Shown in pieces: positions 35,148-47,196 of a DNA stretch of 64,000 nucleotides (the first letter of the stretch is position 1; each line of letters begins with the position of its first letter). The position numbers and the translations under genes are program-made. Source of the DNA: Anthoceros angustus (Eukaryota; Plantae; Anthocerotophyta); assembly GCA_010909165.1 (NCBI GenBank), contig MU008187.1, positions 66,247-130,246 of the forward strand. Reading direction: 5' to 3'. The notes under the pieces are model-generated. The model searched no databases. It had not been told where the DNA came from and saw only the letters and a list, made by a program, of their open reading frames with translations.

Positions 35148-36444
35148 TTCTGCCGAGCCACCATTTACCCTCGCCTTATGGTTCGGTAGTCTTCCCCTCT
35201 AACTACAGCCATGACGGCTTCGCCAGGAAAATCGTCGTTTTGGTCTGTGTAACCTCCTCTTTTGACCTCGAAATGTAATCGCATTCACATGTTTACTCCC
35301 TCTGGTCTCCACCGTGAGCGTGAATTCTTGCGAGTAGGATCCATCTTGTGCGTCCGGACAAGTCGGTTTGTTTACCGGTGTTTGAGGCAGTGGTCCACAT
35401 GGAAGCGAACTCGTGGGATAGCAAATAGTGGCGAAACTTGCGAACCGAGTACACCATCCTAGCGCCTCCCTCTCGGTGGTGGTATACTTCTTTCGTCGGT
35501 GTGCCTCCAGCATAATAGATTGGATAATCGTGCTTCTTGTCATCCCTTTGGCTTAGAATGGTACGGGTGCATAGGCAAAACGTCTACAAACACGTGGAAT
35601 TCTTGCTCGATCGCCCCGTGGGTCTTGTGATCGGTGGTCGAAGATCATTGAAGGCCTCCTCGTTTTGCGTCCATTCCACTCCACGGTCCTTTGCGATTAC
35701 ATGTGGGGCCCGGAGAAATTCTTCACAAACCTTATAATAGCCTACCATTCGAGGAATCCCTAAGCTCCTTGATGTGGTAGGTGGCTTGAGGCGGTAATGA
35801 TTTTGACCTTATCCGGGTCGACCTCTATCCCCAGCAATCGGTGCCCCAACAAAATACCCTGGCATGCGAAATAACATTTCTCGGGATGTAGACACAATTG
35901 TGTCAGTTGACACCGTTCGGACATTTGCGAAGGTGGTTGAGGTGATCTTTTATTTGCTCAAACAGTCATCCAGGAAGACCTCCATGAGTCCCTAAGGTAT
36001 TCCTTGAAAATCTTGACAATCGTCGCATGAAGGATCCACGGTGCCTGTTAATCGAGCGCTCCGTTTGTAGGCATAGGTTCCCGATGCATGGTGAAAGGCA
36101 TTGAGTGGCCAATCACTCTCCACGAGATGTAGCTGGTTATACCGAATACCCATCCGAGCAGGTAGACCATTCTCCACGCAACTAAGTCCAGGTATGTTGT
36201 CTATGAATGGAGCGGGTAATGGTCTTTTTGGTCACCTTGTTTAACTTTCCCTCACAGCGGACCGTATCTTTCCTTACGCTTTTTGGGAACCACCACAATT
36301 GGGGCTACCTCCGATGTCACAATAGGATATATAGCGATACTTGCATAAGTAGAGCTCAATTGTTCCTTACCTTTGTGAATACTGATTTAGCTTGTATTAG
36401 GTATCCGGGGTTGGCATGTGACTCAGATCCAATCTTGTGCTCCG

Positions 36445-39400
36445 TGTAAGCGATGCGGTATTGGAAACTCCTGATGGATTGTGTCTTTGAGTGATTTTTG
36501 TTTTTGTTAAGTTTGGTGTCAAGAAGAGCTAGGTTATGAGTAGGAAGGATATTTATAGTAGAAAGTGTCCTTGGCCTATGAGTTTTGGGGTTGTTTCGGT
36601 TGAATAATAATCGGTCCTTGGACTATGAACTCGATACTCCTTGGCCTTTGGTCTTGGAATATTTAATAGAAAGGCCTATATATGGAGGGTCCCCATATTT
36701 GGCAGAGGTCCGTAGGCTAGAGGTCGAACCAACCGGGCGGTAGTTGAAGCTGTGTGTGTGGCGAGGTGTCAGGGACTATGTTTCAAGACGGTTGGGCCCG
36801 GAGGCGGTCGTGGAAGGAAGGAGGCGGTCGCGGAAGAAGAAGTGGTAGCCGGTTGGCGTAGAGTTTCCGGGAAATATAACCCTAAGGGAACTCGGAAAAG
36901 GAGGCGCGCGGCGGTAGCTCAGACGATCCACGGCGGGCACGAGCCTGCAGAGGTCAGCCACAGTGGCGAGCTCGCGATTCTGGAAGGAAGAAACCACAGG
37001 GATTGACCAAGTTGGAGATTCGAGGCGAGTTATCAGCAATTTGAGGCGTGGGCGTGAGGGTTTTGCAGAGCATGGCGCCCAAGGTTGCAGCAGAATTTGA
37101 CCGCCTAATGGCCAAATATGGACCATTGGAGGGTCCGAGGTGGAGGATTGGTGAGGGAGCTGGGACTTGGGATCATGGAAAACAAAGGAGAGTTTATGGG
37201 AGGATTTTCCATCAACGAGGAAGGAGGACCCATAAATTCAGCAAAGGACGGCGGGCCAAAGCACCAAATCGGAGGGGAGTGCGGAGATAACATGGGCAGG
37301 GAGTAGTGGCATCCTAGGAATAGAACTTTGGATAGGATGCCATCTTGGACCTAAGGCCGTCCAAAATTGTAGGGCCTCGCGCTCAAATTTTAGGACTGAA
37401 AGTCCGTGGCTATGACGCCCAAAGAATTGTATAAAGGGGCTTGTGCCCCTCACATCGATAACTCGGTTGAGATCCCCACGCCTGTGTGGCTGGTTGGAGA
37501 CGTCCCGACAGAGGTGGTGTGCGCGACGCCCCTAGGGGTGGTCGAGAGCTTGCTCAACCGGGGAGGAGGGTGATAGAGCAATCTCGACAAAGGAGGAGGA
37601 AACCAAGGGATTGGCGCGGGGGCGGGTCCGGAGCTTGCTCAACGCCCGCCGTGACGCGGGGTTCTTCTTTCCTTCACCCTTGTTCCCGTAGTTGTGTTCA
37701 AATTGAGAGAGAAGTGTTGAGTGGATGGTTGGAAGCTCGGCGAGGGAGAGAGAGAGAGAGGAGAAGATTGGGTGAAGGAGTGATGAACATCAGACGCTGG
37801 CGGTGTAAGAGGAGTTGAGAAGGAACTAATTGAGAGACTAAGGAGATTTGTGGATCCAAAAGAATCCAAACCGTTGGTGGAAGTGCACAAGAGGAAACAT
37901 GCCCTTGTAAAATTGTGTGAGTGTGGCGCCTTTGTGTGTGTGTGTGAAGCGGTGAGGGATTTGTGGAACTTTGGTCCCTAGGAATCGGTGTGTGTGCATG
38001 AAGTGTGGAGTGAATAAAGTCCGACCGCACAGGTAGCCCGTGGATCCGGCGCCGGAAATAAGTCGCTAGGGTTTGGCGTGGGACCCACCTCGGTAGTCGA
38101 AGCAACTACCCGGTAGTGGTGAGAGCCACCGCGGTCGTGGAATAAGATTTGCGTGGTTGTGGAATAAGATCTGTGGTAGTTAGACAAGTCGGGAGGTAGT
38201 AGTAGTTGAGTAGATAGGTAAGAGGAGTAATAGCGGTAAGTCCTGACTTAGGTGAAGGTCAGTAGCGATAGAAGTTAGCGTCTCTTGGCACAAACCATTC
38301 CCTTGGGAGCGAATCCTAAGCCTACGACATTGAGGGTGAATGTGGACCTCACGGTGTCCCTAGACACAAATTCACACTCCACATTTTGGCGCTGCGAATC
38401 AAGGACGTAGGTAGAACTAACCATAGCCTAAGTAGAGTCTAGCATTACTAGATTGATAGATGGATGCCTCGGGTGAAGACGGCGACTCTGGGGAAACGCG
38501 GTAGCGACAACGCCAAGCAGCGGAAAGGTTGCAGAGTCACGAGGAGGCGCGGGGAGGTTACACCTGGACGAGGAAGAGGAGGAGTGACAATCGGGGATCG
38601 GACCCATCCACGATTCCCAACTCTCGGCTCGGAAGCGGTACAAGGGCCGGTACCCCCGCCTTTCAATCTCCCGTTCAGTTGCGGTCGGCTTGACGGTCAA
38701 ACTTGCAGTGTAGAAGATCGGGCGAGTAGTTATATCACTACCGATCGAAAGTACTACCACGGTAGCTATGACTACTACTCCTTGTTACCACTAAGCAATC
38801 TTACCATTGTATGGAGAGAAGAAGGGCCACGAGGATCCCGAGTTTGTCGAGCGTTTGAGCGGTGGCGGCAACCAGGTGAGGATGCGCGTGCCCAATTCTA
38901 TGGAGTCTTGGCGGAGCCAAGCCGTACAAGAGTATCTCGCCTCTTCCACATTTTGGGGCCTTGAAGAGGGCTTTTTGTGAAAGGTTAGAGGAGTTGATGT
39001 GGAAGGATATGTCTTGTCCAAACTCGAGGGACTGCGGAGAGGGAAGAAGGAGACATGCAGCTTATGTGGAAAGGTTCCACAGCCTGCGTGATCGTGCTGG
39101 ACCTCACTCGGAGTTAATGGCAATCCGTTGGTTTGCGAGAGGTCTGGGCCCGGAGATGGGAAAGCACGTACGTCTCCAAGCTGAGAAAGACTTGGATCGG
39201 GCGATCAAGGCCGCCCTGAACTACGAGGAGTCCAATGCAGAGGGGAAAAAGAAATCGAAGAAGGGGATACGGAGACAAGAAGAAATCCAGAAGAAGAAGA
39301 AGTACTCATCCTCCGATGGCAGTTCCACGGAGGAAGATAGCTCTCAGACTCCTCGGATAGTTCCACGGAAGAAGAGACCGGTGATAGCTCGGAGGAAGAT

Positions 39401-42400
39401 TCAGAGATGAGCGCAAGGAGAGAAGAAGGAAGCGAAAATGAGTGGGAACTAAGACGCCGCGAGGAAAGGAGCTGGTGTATGCAAAGAAGGACGCGGCGGT
39501 GAGAAGAGAGGTGGAAACAGGCCAAAAGGTGGAGCAACAGGAACAAGATGGAGGAAATGATGGCCAAAAGAAGCTTCATCTCAATGCCATAAAAGACCAC
39601 GAGAGGAGAAGGGCGAGCGGCGAATCTCTTCCTCAACTTGTGGAGGGGGGCACTCGAGGATCTGCACAAACGAAGGTGCAACTCTCGAGGAAGAGGAGGA
39701 GATGTGCTTGGAAGATACATACCAAATTCAAGAGGCGACACCAATTTGTGCAAGACTTTATACCCCTCAAGTTTAAACTCCCCAAAACATGGGCATTCGC
39801 AATCGATGGCAAGGAACCCGCAAATGAGTGCCATTCGTTACAATTGCGATTCGGGCATCTGCAGCCTTCCCTCACTCGCCAGGAATGGTGATTTTGAGGC
39901 TGTGGATTGCAAGCAATCGGGACGGGCGTGTCCTCTGCCGGCCGAAAAACATGTGAGGATTGCTCAACCCCATTACGGCAACCCACCCACCATGGAGCAA
40001 AATCCGTTACGGATGCACGTCAAGATGCTCATGGCGTGTGGGAGGATTCCAGGCCAACATGTTGAGAAGTTTGGAAGGATTGGAGGACATGGATGGGGTA
40101 CTATGAAACTCCGCCATGGCCGCCGGGGGAGGAAGGCGGACACCCTAAGAAGGGGACGGGAAGAGAAAGAAGAAGGAAGATTGGAGCCTCCATCGGGAGT
40201 GAGGAGGAAGTCGTCTTCATCGGGCGAGGAAGGACGAGGTCCACACAAAGACCCATGAGAGGCCGGAGGGGCAGGCAGGCATGAGGGGAGCGTGCGGCGG
40301 CATGGGCGGCATACACCCACACATTTGGGGCACACTATGACTCCTTCAGCAACCCGGTACGAGTGGCGTGCGAAAAGGAGGGCGGATGGGGGGGCGAATC
40401 GCGAGATCGAAAACCCAGAGAAAAAAAGGATGAGTTAGGGTTTCCGCCGATGTCGAAGGAAGTCATGGAGATGATCCGAGAGGAAGAGCAGAACCACACC
40501 ACCACACCTCCCCACCACTACCACCGCCATCACGACGCGACACTGTGAGCTACCATGTTGCTGAACGGAGTGGGAGCAAGCGAGAAGGGAGAACACGGTG
40601 AATGGCCCTTTCAATCGGGAGGCCATCATGGACCAAAAATTCATGATAACATTTGACAGCTTCTCGGGGACAATCCGAGGTACCGCCACAGATCCGTGGG
40701 CATTGAAGGCACAAGACAACCCAAGAAGAGGCCCTTCCCAAAACAAGGCCGAGGCCCTTGCGTGAACATGGTGGCCATGGTCGACCAAGGTCCCGAGCTG
40801 CATAGAAAATCGGATGCGTTATCAAGAAAGTACCTCGGATTCGGTGCAGGGTCAACATCATGACGGAGGACACATTCGGAGTTGGAGATAGAACACACAT
40901 CCAAGGTCTGCGTCTTGCGGACATGTCCAGGATGACTGGGGAGCGGAGTTCTAACCCATATTGGTACCATTCCGTACCTTATGGACTATGTGGTCATCAA
41001 AGCAAGCTCCGGATATGACGTTTTGATTGGCGGACGTGGATGTATGGGCGCACCTTCAAGTGGGCAAGGAAGGAAGTGGGCTTCAAACCTCCTGGGACCC
41101 CAAGGTTAAGGAAGGGAGGATATGTTTATCTTGGAGTCGAGATACGAATGCAGAGAGACGCCACGGAAACGGATGGCTATACCTCTGAGAACACATTTGG
41201 GGAGGAGGATGAGAAAGAGAAGTTCCCGTTTGCCCACATTTCTTGGTCGGATGAAGAGCGGACTATCGAAGAGACATTCCCACTCCATCACTGGTGGGTT
41301 GTTATGGAGTGTGATTGGCTGGTGTGGAAGGTACTCTGCGTAGTGGAAGGTGGAACGTTGTGGAAGGTGGTGGGACGGATGTGGAAGTTCTCCGGCGAAG
41401 CGTTGTTCGAGATGGAGGAAGCGGCTGTAATCGGAAGCGGCAAGTGATGGTGGTGCGGTAAATGAGAAGGGAGATCCGGATACACCAGCCTACTTATTCG
41501 TAAATATTTGAGTTCACGGAATCGGGCAGCATCCCTCGGACCTTTCAAGGCAACAACATGCCTCGTGCATTATTCGAGTCCATTTGTCCGCCACGAGGCG
41601 GCTTATATCGGAGGGACGGACGGAAGAAAGGTTGTGGGTGGTACCTCGTGACTTGGACCTACCATATGACAACAGATATATGCACTTTCCGCAAGCTTCA
41701 CCTTCGATGGATGGGGCCATATAAAGTCCTTGAAGTTTTCGCAAATGGCTCCATACGGCTCCAATTCAGGCGACCCCTACCAACGGTCAGTTGGAGAGTC
41801 GAAAATATTACACATGAGTTGGCGAGGCGCCAACAAATGAGAAGGGAGTATGTAAACGATCCGGTATTGGAAACTCCTGTTGGATTGTGTCTTTGAGTGA
41901 TTTGTTTTTTTTTAAGTTTGGTGTCAAGAAGAGCTAGGTTATGAGTAGGAAGGGATATTTATAGTAGAAAGTGTCCTTGGCCTATGAGTTTTGGGTTGTT
42001 TCGTGGGTTAAATAATAATCGGTCCTTGGACTATGAACTCGATACTCCTTGGCCTTTGGTCTTGGAATATTTAATAGAAAGGCCTATATATGGAGGGGTC
42101 CCCATATTTGAGTCCGTAGGCTAGAGGTCGAACCAATAGGCGGTAGTTGAAGCGGTGTGGTCTGGCCGGGGTGTCAGGGACTATGTTTGAGAGGCGGTTG
42201 GCGGCGGCGGGCGGTCGTGGAAGGAAGGAGCGGTCATGGAAGAAGTGGTAAGCCGGTTGGTAGAGTTTCGGGAAATATAACCCTAAGGGAACTCGGAAGG
42301 CCGCAGGCGTGGTAGCTCAGACGATCCCAGCAGGCACGAGCTACACGAGGCGAAGGCGAGGCCCCGGCGGGGGAGCTCGCGATTCTGGAAGGAAGAAACC

Positions 42401-43799
42401 ACAGGGGATTGACCAAGTTGGAGATTAGGCGAGTTATCAGCAATTGGCGTAGGCGTGAGGGTTTTGCGAGCATGGCGCCCAAGGTTGCGGAATTGCCAAT
42501 GGCCAAATATGGACCATTGGAGGGTCCGAGGTGGAGGATTGGTGAGGAGCTGGGACTTGGGATCATGGAAAAACAGTGGAGAGTTTATGGGAGGATTTTC
42601 CGGATCAAGAGGAAGGAGGACCCATAAATTCAGCAAAGGGCGAAGGGCAGGCGACCAAATCGGAGGGTGCGGAGATAACATGGGCGGGGAGTAGTGGCAT
42701 CCTAGGAATAGAACTTTGGATAGGATGCCATCTTGGACCCGGACTAAGGCCGTCCAAAAGTGTAGGCGCCTCGCGTTGCCGTTTTAGGACACAAGTCGGT
42801 GGCTATGGCGCCCGACAATTGTATAAAGGGGCTTGGTTGTGCCTCACATCGATAACTCTGGTTGAGATCCCCACGCACGTGGCTGGTTGGAGACGTCCAG
42901 GTTAGAGGTGGTGTGCGGAGGCGCTCCTAGGGGTGGTCGAGAGCTTGCTCCATCGGGGAGGAGGGTGATAGAGCAATCTTCGACAAAGGAGGAGGAAACC
43001 AAGGGATTGGCGGGGCGGGTGGAGCTTGCTCGTGCTGTGTGGCCTTGTTCTTCTTTCCTTCACCCTTGTTCTGTTGGTTGTGTTCAAATTGAGAGAGAAG
43101 TGTTGAGTGGATGGTTGGAAGCCCGAGGCGGGTGAGAGAGAGAGAGAAGATTGGGTGAAGGAGTGAACCTGTCTGCGATCAGGTGTAAGAGGAGTTGAGA
43201 AGGGAACTAATTGAGAGACTAACGGTGGAGATTTGTGTGGATCCAAAAGAATCCAAACCGGTCTTTGTTGGTGGAAGTGTGCACAAGAGGAAACAGTTCC
43301 TTGTAAAATTGTGTGAGTGTGGCGCCCTTTGTGTGTGTGTGAAGCGGTGAGGATTTGTGGAACTTTGGTCCCTAGGAATCGGTGTGTGTGTGCATGAAGT
43401 GTGGAGTGCGAATAAAGTCGATCATGTGCAGTGGTAGGCCGTGGCGAGATCCATGGCGCCCTGCGCCGAAATAAGTCGCTAGGGTTTGGCGTGGGACCCA
43501 CCTTGTCGAAGCAACTACCGGTAGTGGTGAGCCACCGTCGTGGAATAAGATTTGTCGTGGAATAAGATTTTGGTTGTGGAATAAGATGCATGGTAGTTAG
43601 ACAAGTCGGGAGGTAGTAGTAGTTGAGTAGATAGGTAAGAGGGTAATAGCGGTAAGTCGACTTAGGTGAAGGTCGATGGCGATAGAAGTTAGCGTCTCTT
43701 GGCACAAACCATTCCCTTGGGAGCGAATCCTAAGCCTACAACGACATTGAGGGTGAATGTGGACCTCACGGTGTCCCTAGACACAAATTCACCTCCACA
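36445..43799 (+). mobile_element. Non-autonomous LTR element B (gag and protease, RT/RH and most of integrase absent), nested in the RT of M
   Basis: LTRs 36445-38383 and 41851-43799 (about 1.94 kb, TG...CA). PBS-like TTTTGGCGC at 38384; gag about 38.8-39.4 kb; protease DSGAG about 40.84 kb; integrase tail KLHLRWMGPYKVLEVFANGSIRL about 41.7 kb; PPT about 41835-41850. M's RT frame resumes across it; flanks CTCCG / CTGCC give an imperfect TSD. Confidence 0.88.
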
Positions 43800-46700
43800 C
43801 TGCCCCACTCCATTTGTCTTTCAGTATACCCTTCATATACGTAGCGTCAAAAGCAAAAACGTGGATAAATTCATGGCAATTTTTCATACCCTTTCCAGTC
43901 GCATTCATCACATTCGAAAACTTAAGGACCTTGCCGGGCAACACTTCCACATCCTTGACCTCATCCGTCTGCCTCTCTCTCCACGGCGCGGATGTGATGC
44001 CTCCTCCCTCCGGTCTTGGTTCTCCTTGGCGCATTCCCCATTCCGGAATAGGTCGTTAAACGTGAGACACCCTCCTCGCACCCCTCAGTTTGTCGGATCG
44101 TCGCTCCGGCTCGACCACCTCTACTTCTTGTTCCTCGACCTCGGTCCCGTCTCCTCTCCGACCACGGGTTGTCAATTGTGACTCCATAGCACCCTAATAG
44201 GTTGATGGAATGGGAATATCTCTCCGGTAATCGTCCTCTTCATCGACCACGAAATATGCGAATGGGAATTTCTCCTTCTCATCCTCTCCCCAGGTATCTT
44301 GAGGTGTATCCCTCCGTTTCTGGGTGTCTCCCCTGCGTCGTATCTCCTCCAAGTCAAACATATCCTTCCCTCCTTAATTTTGGGGTCCCAGTCCAGGTTT
44401 GAATCCCACTTCCTTTCTCGCCCCATTTGAAGGTGCAACGTGCCCCATACATCCATGTTCGTCAATGAGAACCTCATACCACGCTTTTGTTTAATGACCA
44501 CGTAGTCCATGAGGTGCGGAATGGTACCAATATGGGTTAGGACTCCGTCGCTCCCCTAGGCGCCATTTTGGACATGTCCGGCAACACCTTTGATGTATGT
44601 TCTATAGCAAGCTTAGGTCTCCTCTGTCATGATGTTGACCTGACCGGAATCTAGCGGCACCTTCTTGATTACACATCCGCAATTTCTATCGTAGCTCAGT
44701 CACAGTCCATCATGGCCACCATATTCACAGCAAGGGTTTCGGCCTTGGGGTGGAAAGGTTCCGTCTCTTCTTGGGTTGTGCGCCTTCAATGCCCCAGTTC
44801 TTTGGCGGTCTGGCGGATTGTCCACGAGAAGTCAGCGTTATCATGAACTTTTGGTCCATGATAGCTAAATTGAAAGGAACACTGTGTTTTCTCGCCAACC
44901 CCACCGTCATTTTCAACCATGTTTTTGAGATCGTTGAAGCAGTGGCGGTGGGTGGGTCGATGGCCAAAATACGTATCGAGTCTGTTCCGATTCTTGTCGG
45001 ATCATATCCTTCCCGACGCCGGAAGCGTGGACTCATCCTTTTTCCTCTTGCGGGTTTTCGCCCCATGTGTCGACTCGAGTCCCGCTTTCTCCTTGTTTGC
45101 ACTTCACCCCTCGAATCCAGCGGTCTCGGTCTAAGGGAGTTACACCGTGATGCCATCCGAAATCGCAATCCTCGCGTTAGGTGTGGCGTTCGTGCCTTGC
45201 TCCCGTCCATTTTGGATTCTGCCTTTCTTTTTCGGACTCCCAGAGTCCCTCGTCGTTTTGTGGTTGGACCCCTTCCTTCCCGCTTTGATGAAGGCGCCTC
45301 TTCCTCCTCACTTGCGGACGTTATGGGGCTCCACTCCCGTTCTTCTTCCTTTTTCCTCGTTCCCCCCTTCTTAGGGTGTCGCCTTCCTCTCGCTCCCGTT
45401 GCGACCATCGCGGGGTTCGTAATACCCTATCCACATCCCCAACCCTTCCGGGCTCCTCGATGCAGCCTCGGAATCCTCCCATCACCGAGCGCATCTTGAC
45501 TTGCATTGCGGCAGCGGGCTTTCATGCGGGGTGGGTCGCCCGGAGGTTGAGCGATCCTCACTGTTTTCGGTGTCTGGCGGAGGAGCTGCCGACTCGTGAC
45601 CGATTGCTTGCGGTCCACACACACCTTTCAAAATCACCATTCCTGGCGAGATGCGGAGGGGCATCCAGCAAGATGCGAACCCTCGGCAATTGTAACCGGG
45701 CACTCATTTGCGGGTTCCTTGCCATCGATTGCGAATACCCATGCACGGGTTTCGTAAACTCGAGGTACAAAGTTTTGGTACCCAGGAGATCGTGTTGCCT
45801 CTTGAATTTGGTATGTATCTTCCAAGCACATCTCCTCATCCTCTTCCTCGTAGCCCGGAGTTGCACTTTTGTTTGTGGGCAGTTCGACCTCGAGTGCCCT
45901 TGCATCCACAAGTTGAGCGAAGAGATTCGCGCTCCGGTAGCAACCCTTCTTCTATCGTGGTCCTTGATGGCATTAAGATGGAGTTTCTCGGTTTGACCAT
46001 CATTTCCTCCATCTTGTTCCCTTGTTGCTCCACTTTTTGGCTGCTTTGTTTCCACCTCTCTTCTCACACTCCGCGTCCTTTCGTGCATATAGCTCCTTCC
46101 CTTTTTACCGCGTCTTGTTTCCAGTCATTTTCCCTTCTTCCTTCTATCCCTTGGTTGCGCTCACCTTCGGAATTCTCCTCCGAATCCTCTGGTCTCCTCT
46201 TGGTGGAGCTACAGTCGGTTGAAGAAACTATCCTCCTCCATGAGGCTCGCCGGACGAATAGTACTTCTTCTTCTTTTTGTATTTCTTTTTGTCCTTGCGC
46301 CCTTGTTCGAGTTCTTCTTCTCTTCGCGTTGGACTCCTCATAGTTCGGGCGACTTTGATCGCCCGATCCAAATCTTTCTTTCGGAGGCCTTACGTGTCTT
46401 CCCATCTCCGCCCAATCCTCTTGCAAACCAGTGAATGGCCATTAGCTCAGTGCGGACCGGCCCGATCCGTTGTGGAACCTTTCCACATAAGCTGCGTGTC
46501 TCCTTCTTCCCTCTCCTCCCTCGAGTTTGGACAAGACATATCCTTCCACATCGACCCCTCTGATCTTTCACAAAAGCTCTCTTCAAGGCCCCAAAGTAGG
46601 TAGGGGTGTGGCGGAAGCTATGTACTCCGCTTGTACCACTTGGCCGCGCTCGCGTAAGACTCCATAAAGCAGTGGGCACGATCGCATCCTCCACGGTTGG

Positions 46701-47196
46701 CGTCGCTCAAAGCGCTCGACAAACTCGTCGGGATCCTCATGGCCCTTCTTTTCTCCATACAGCGGGTAAGATTGTAGTAGTATCGCCATAACTACCGGGT
46801 AGTACTTTCAGCAGCTGCGGTAGTTGGCGCCACTACGTGCGGGTGACCTCTACATTCACAGTTGGTGAATTGCGGCGGGTCTAGGCAATCGGGCGAGATC
46901 AAAAGACAAAGGTGGGATCGGTGCGGCCTTGTACACGTAGTCGAGAGTTGGGAATCGAATCCGTTAAGATCCGATCCCTAGTTCGAGTTGACTCTGCCCT
47001 TCCTCCGGCAAATGTGATCTCCGGTGCTCTCCTCGTAACTCTCTAATCTTTCCATTGCTTGGCGTTGTCTTGCGAGCGTTTCCCCACAGTCGGATCGCTT
47101 GTCTCCACAGGCATCCATCAATCTAGTAATGCTAGACTCTCGTAAGCTATGGTTAGTTCTTCCTCGTCCTTGTGATTCCATTCCCAGGCGCCAAAA

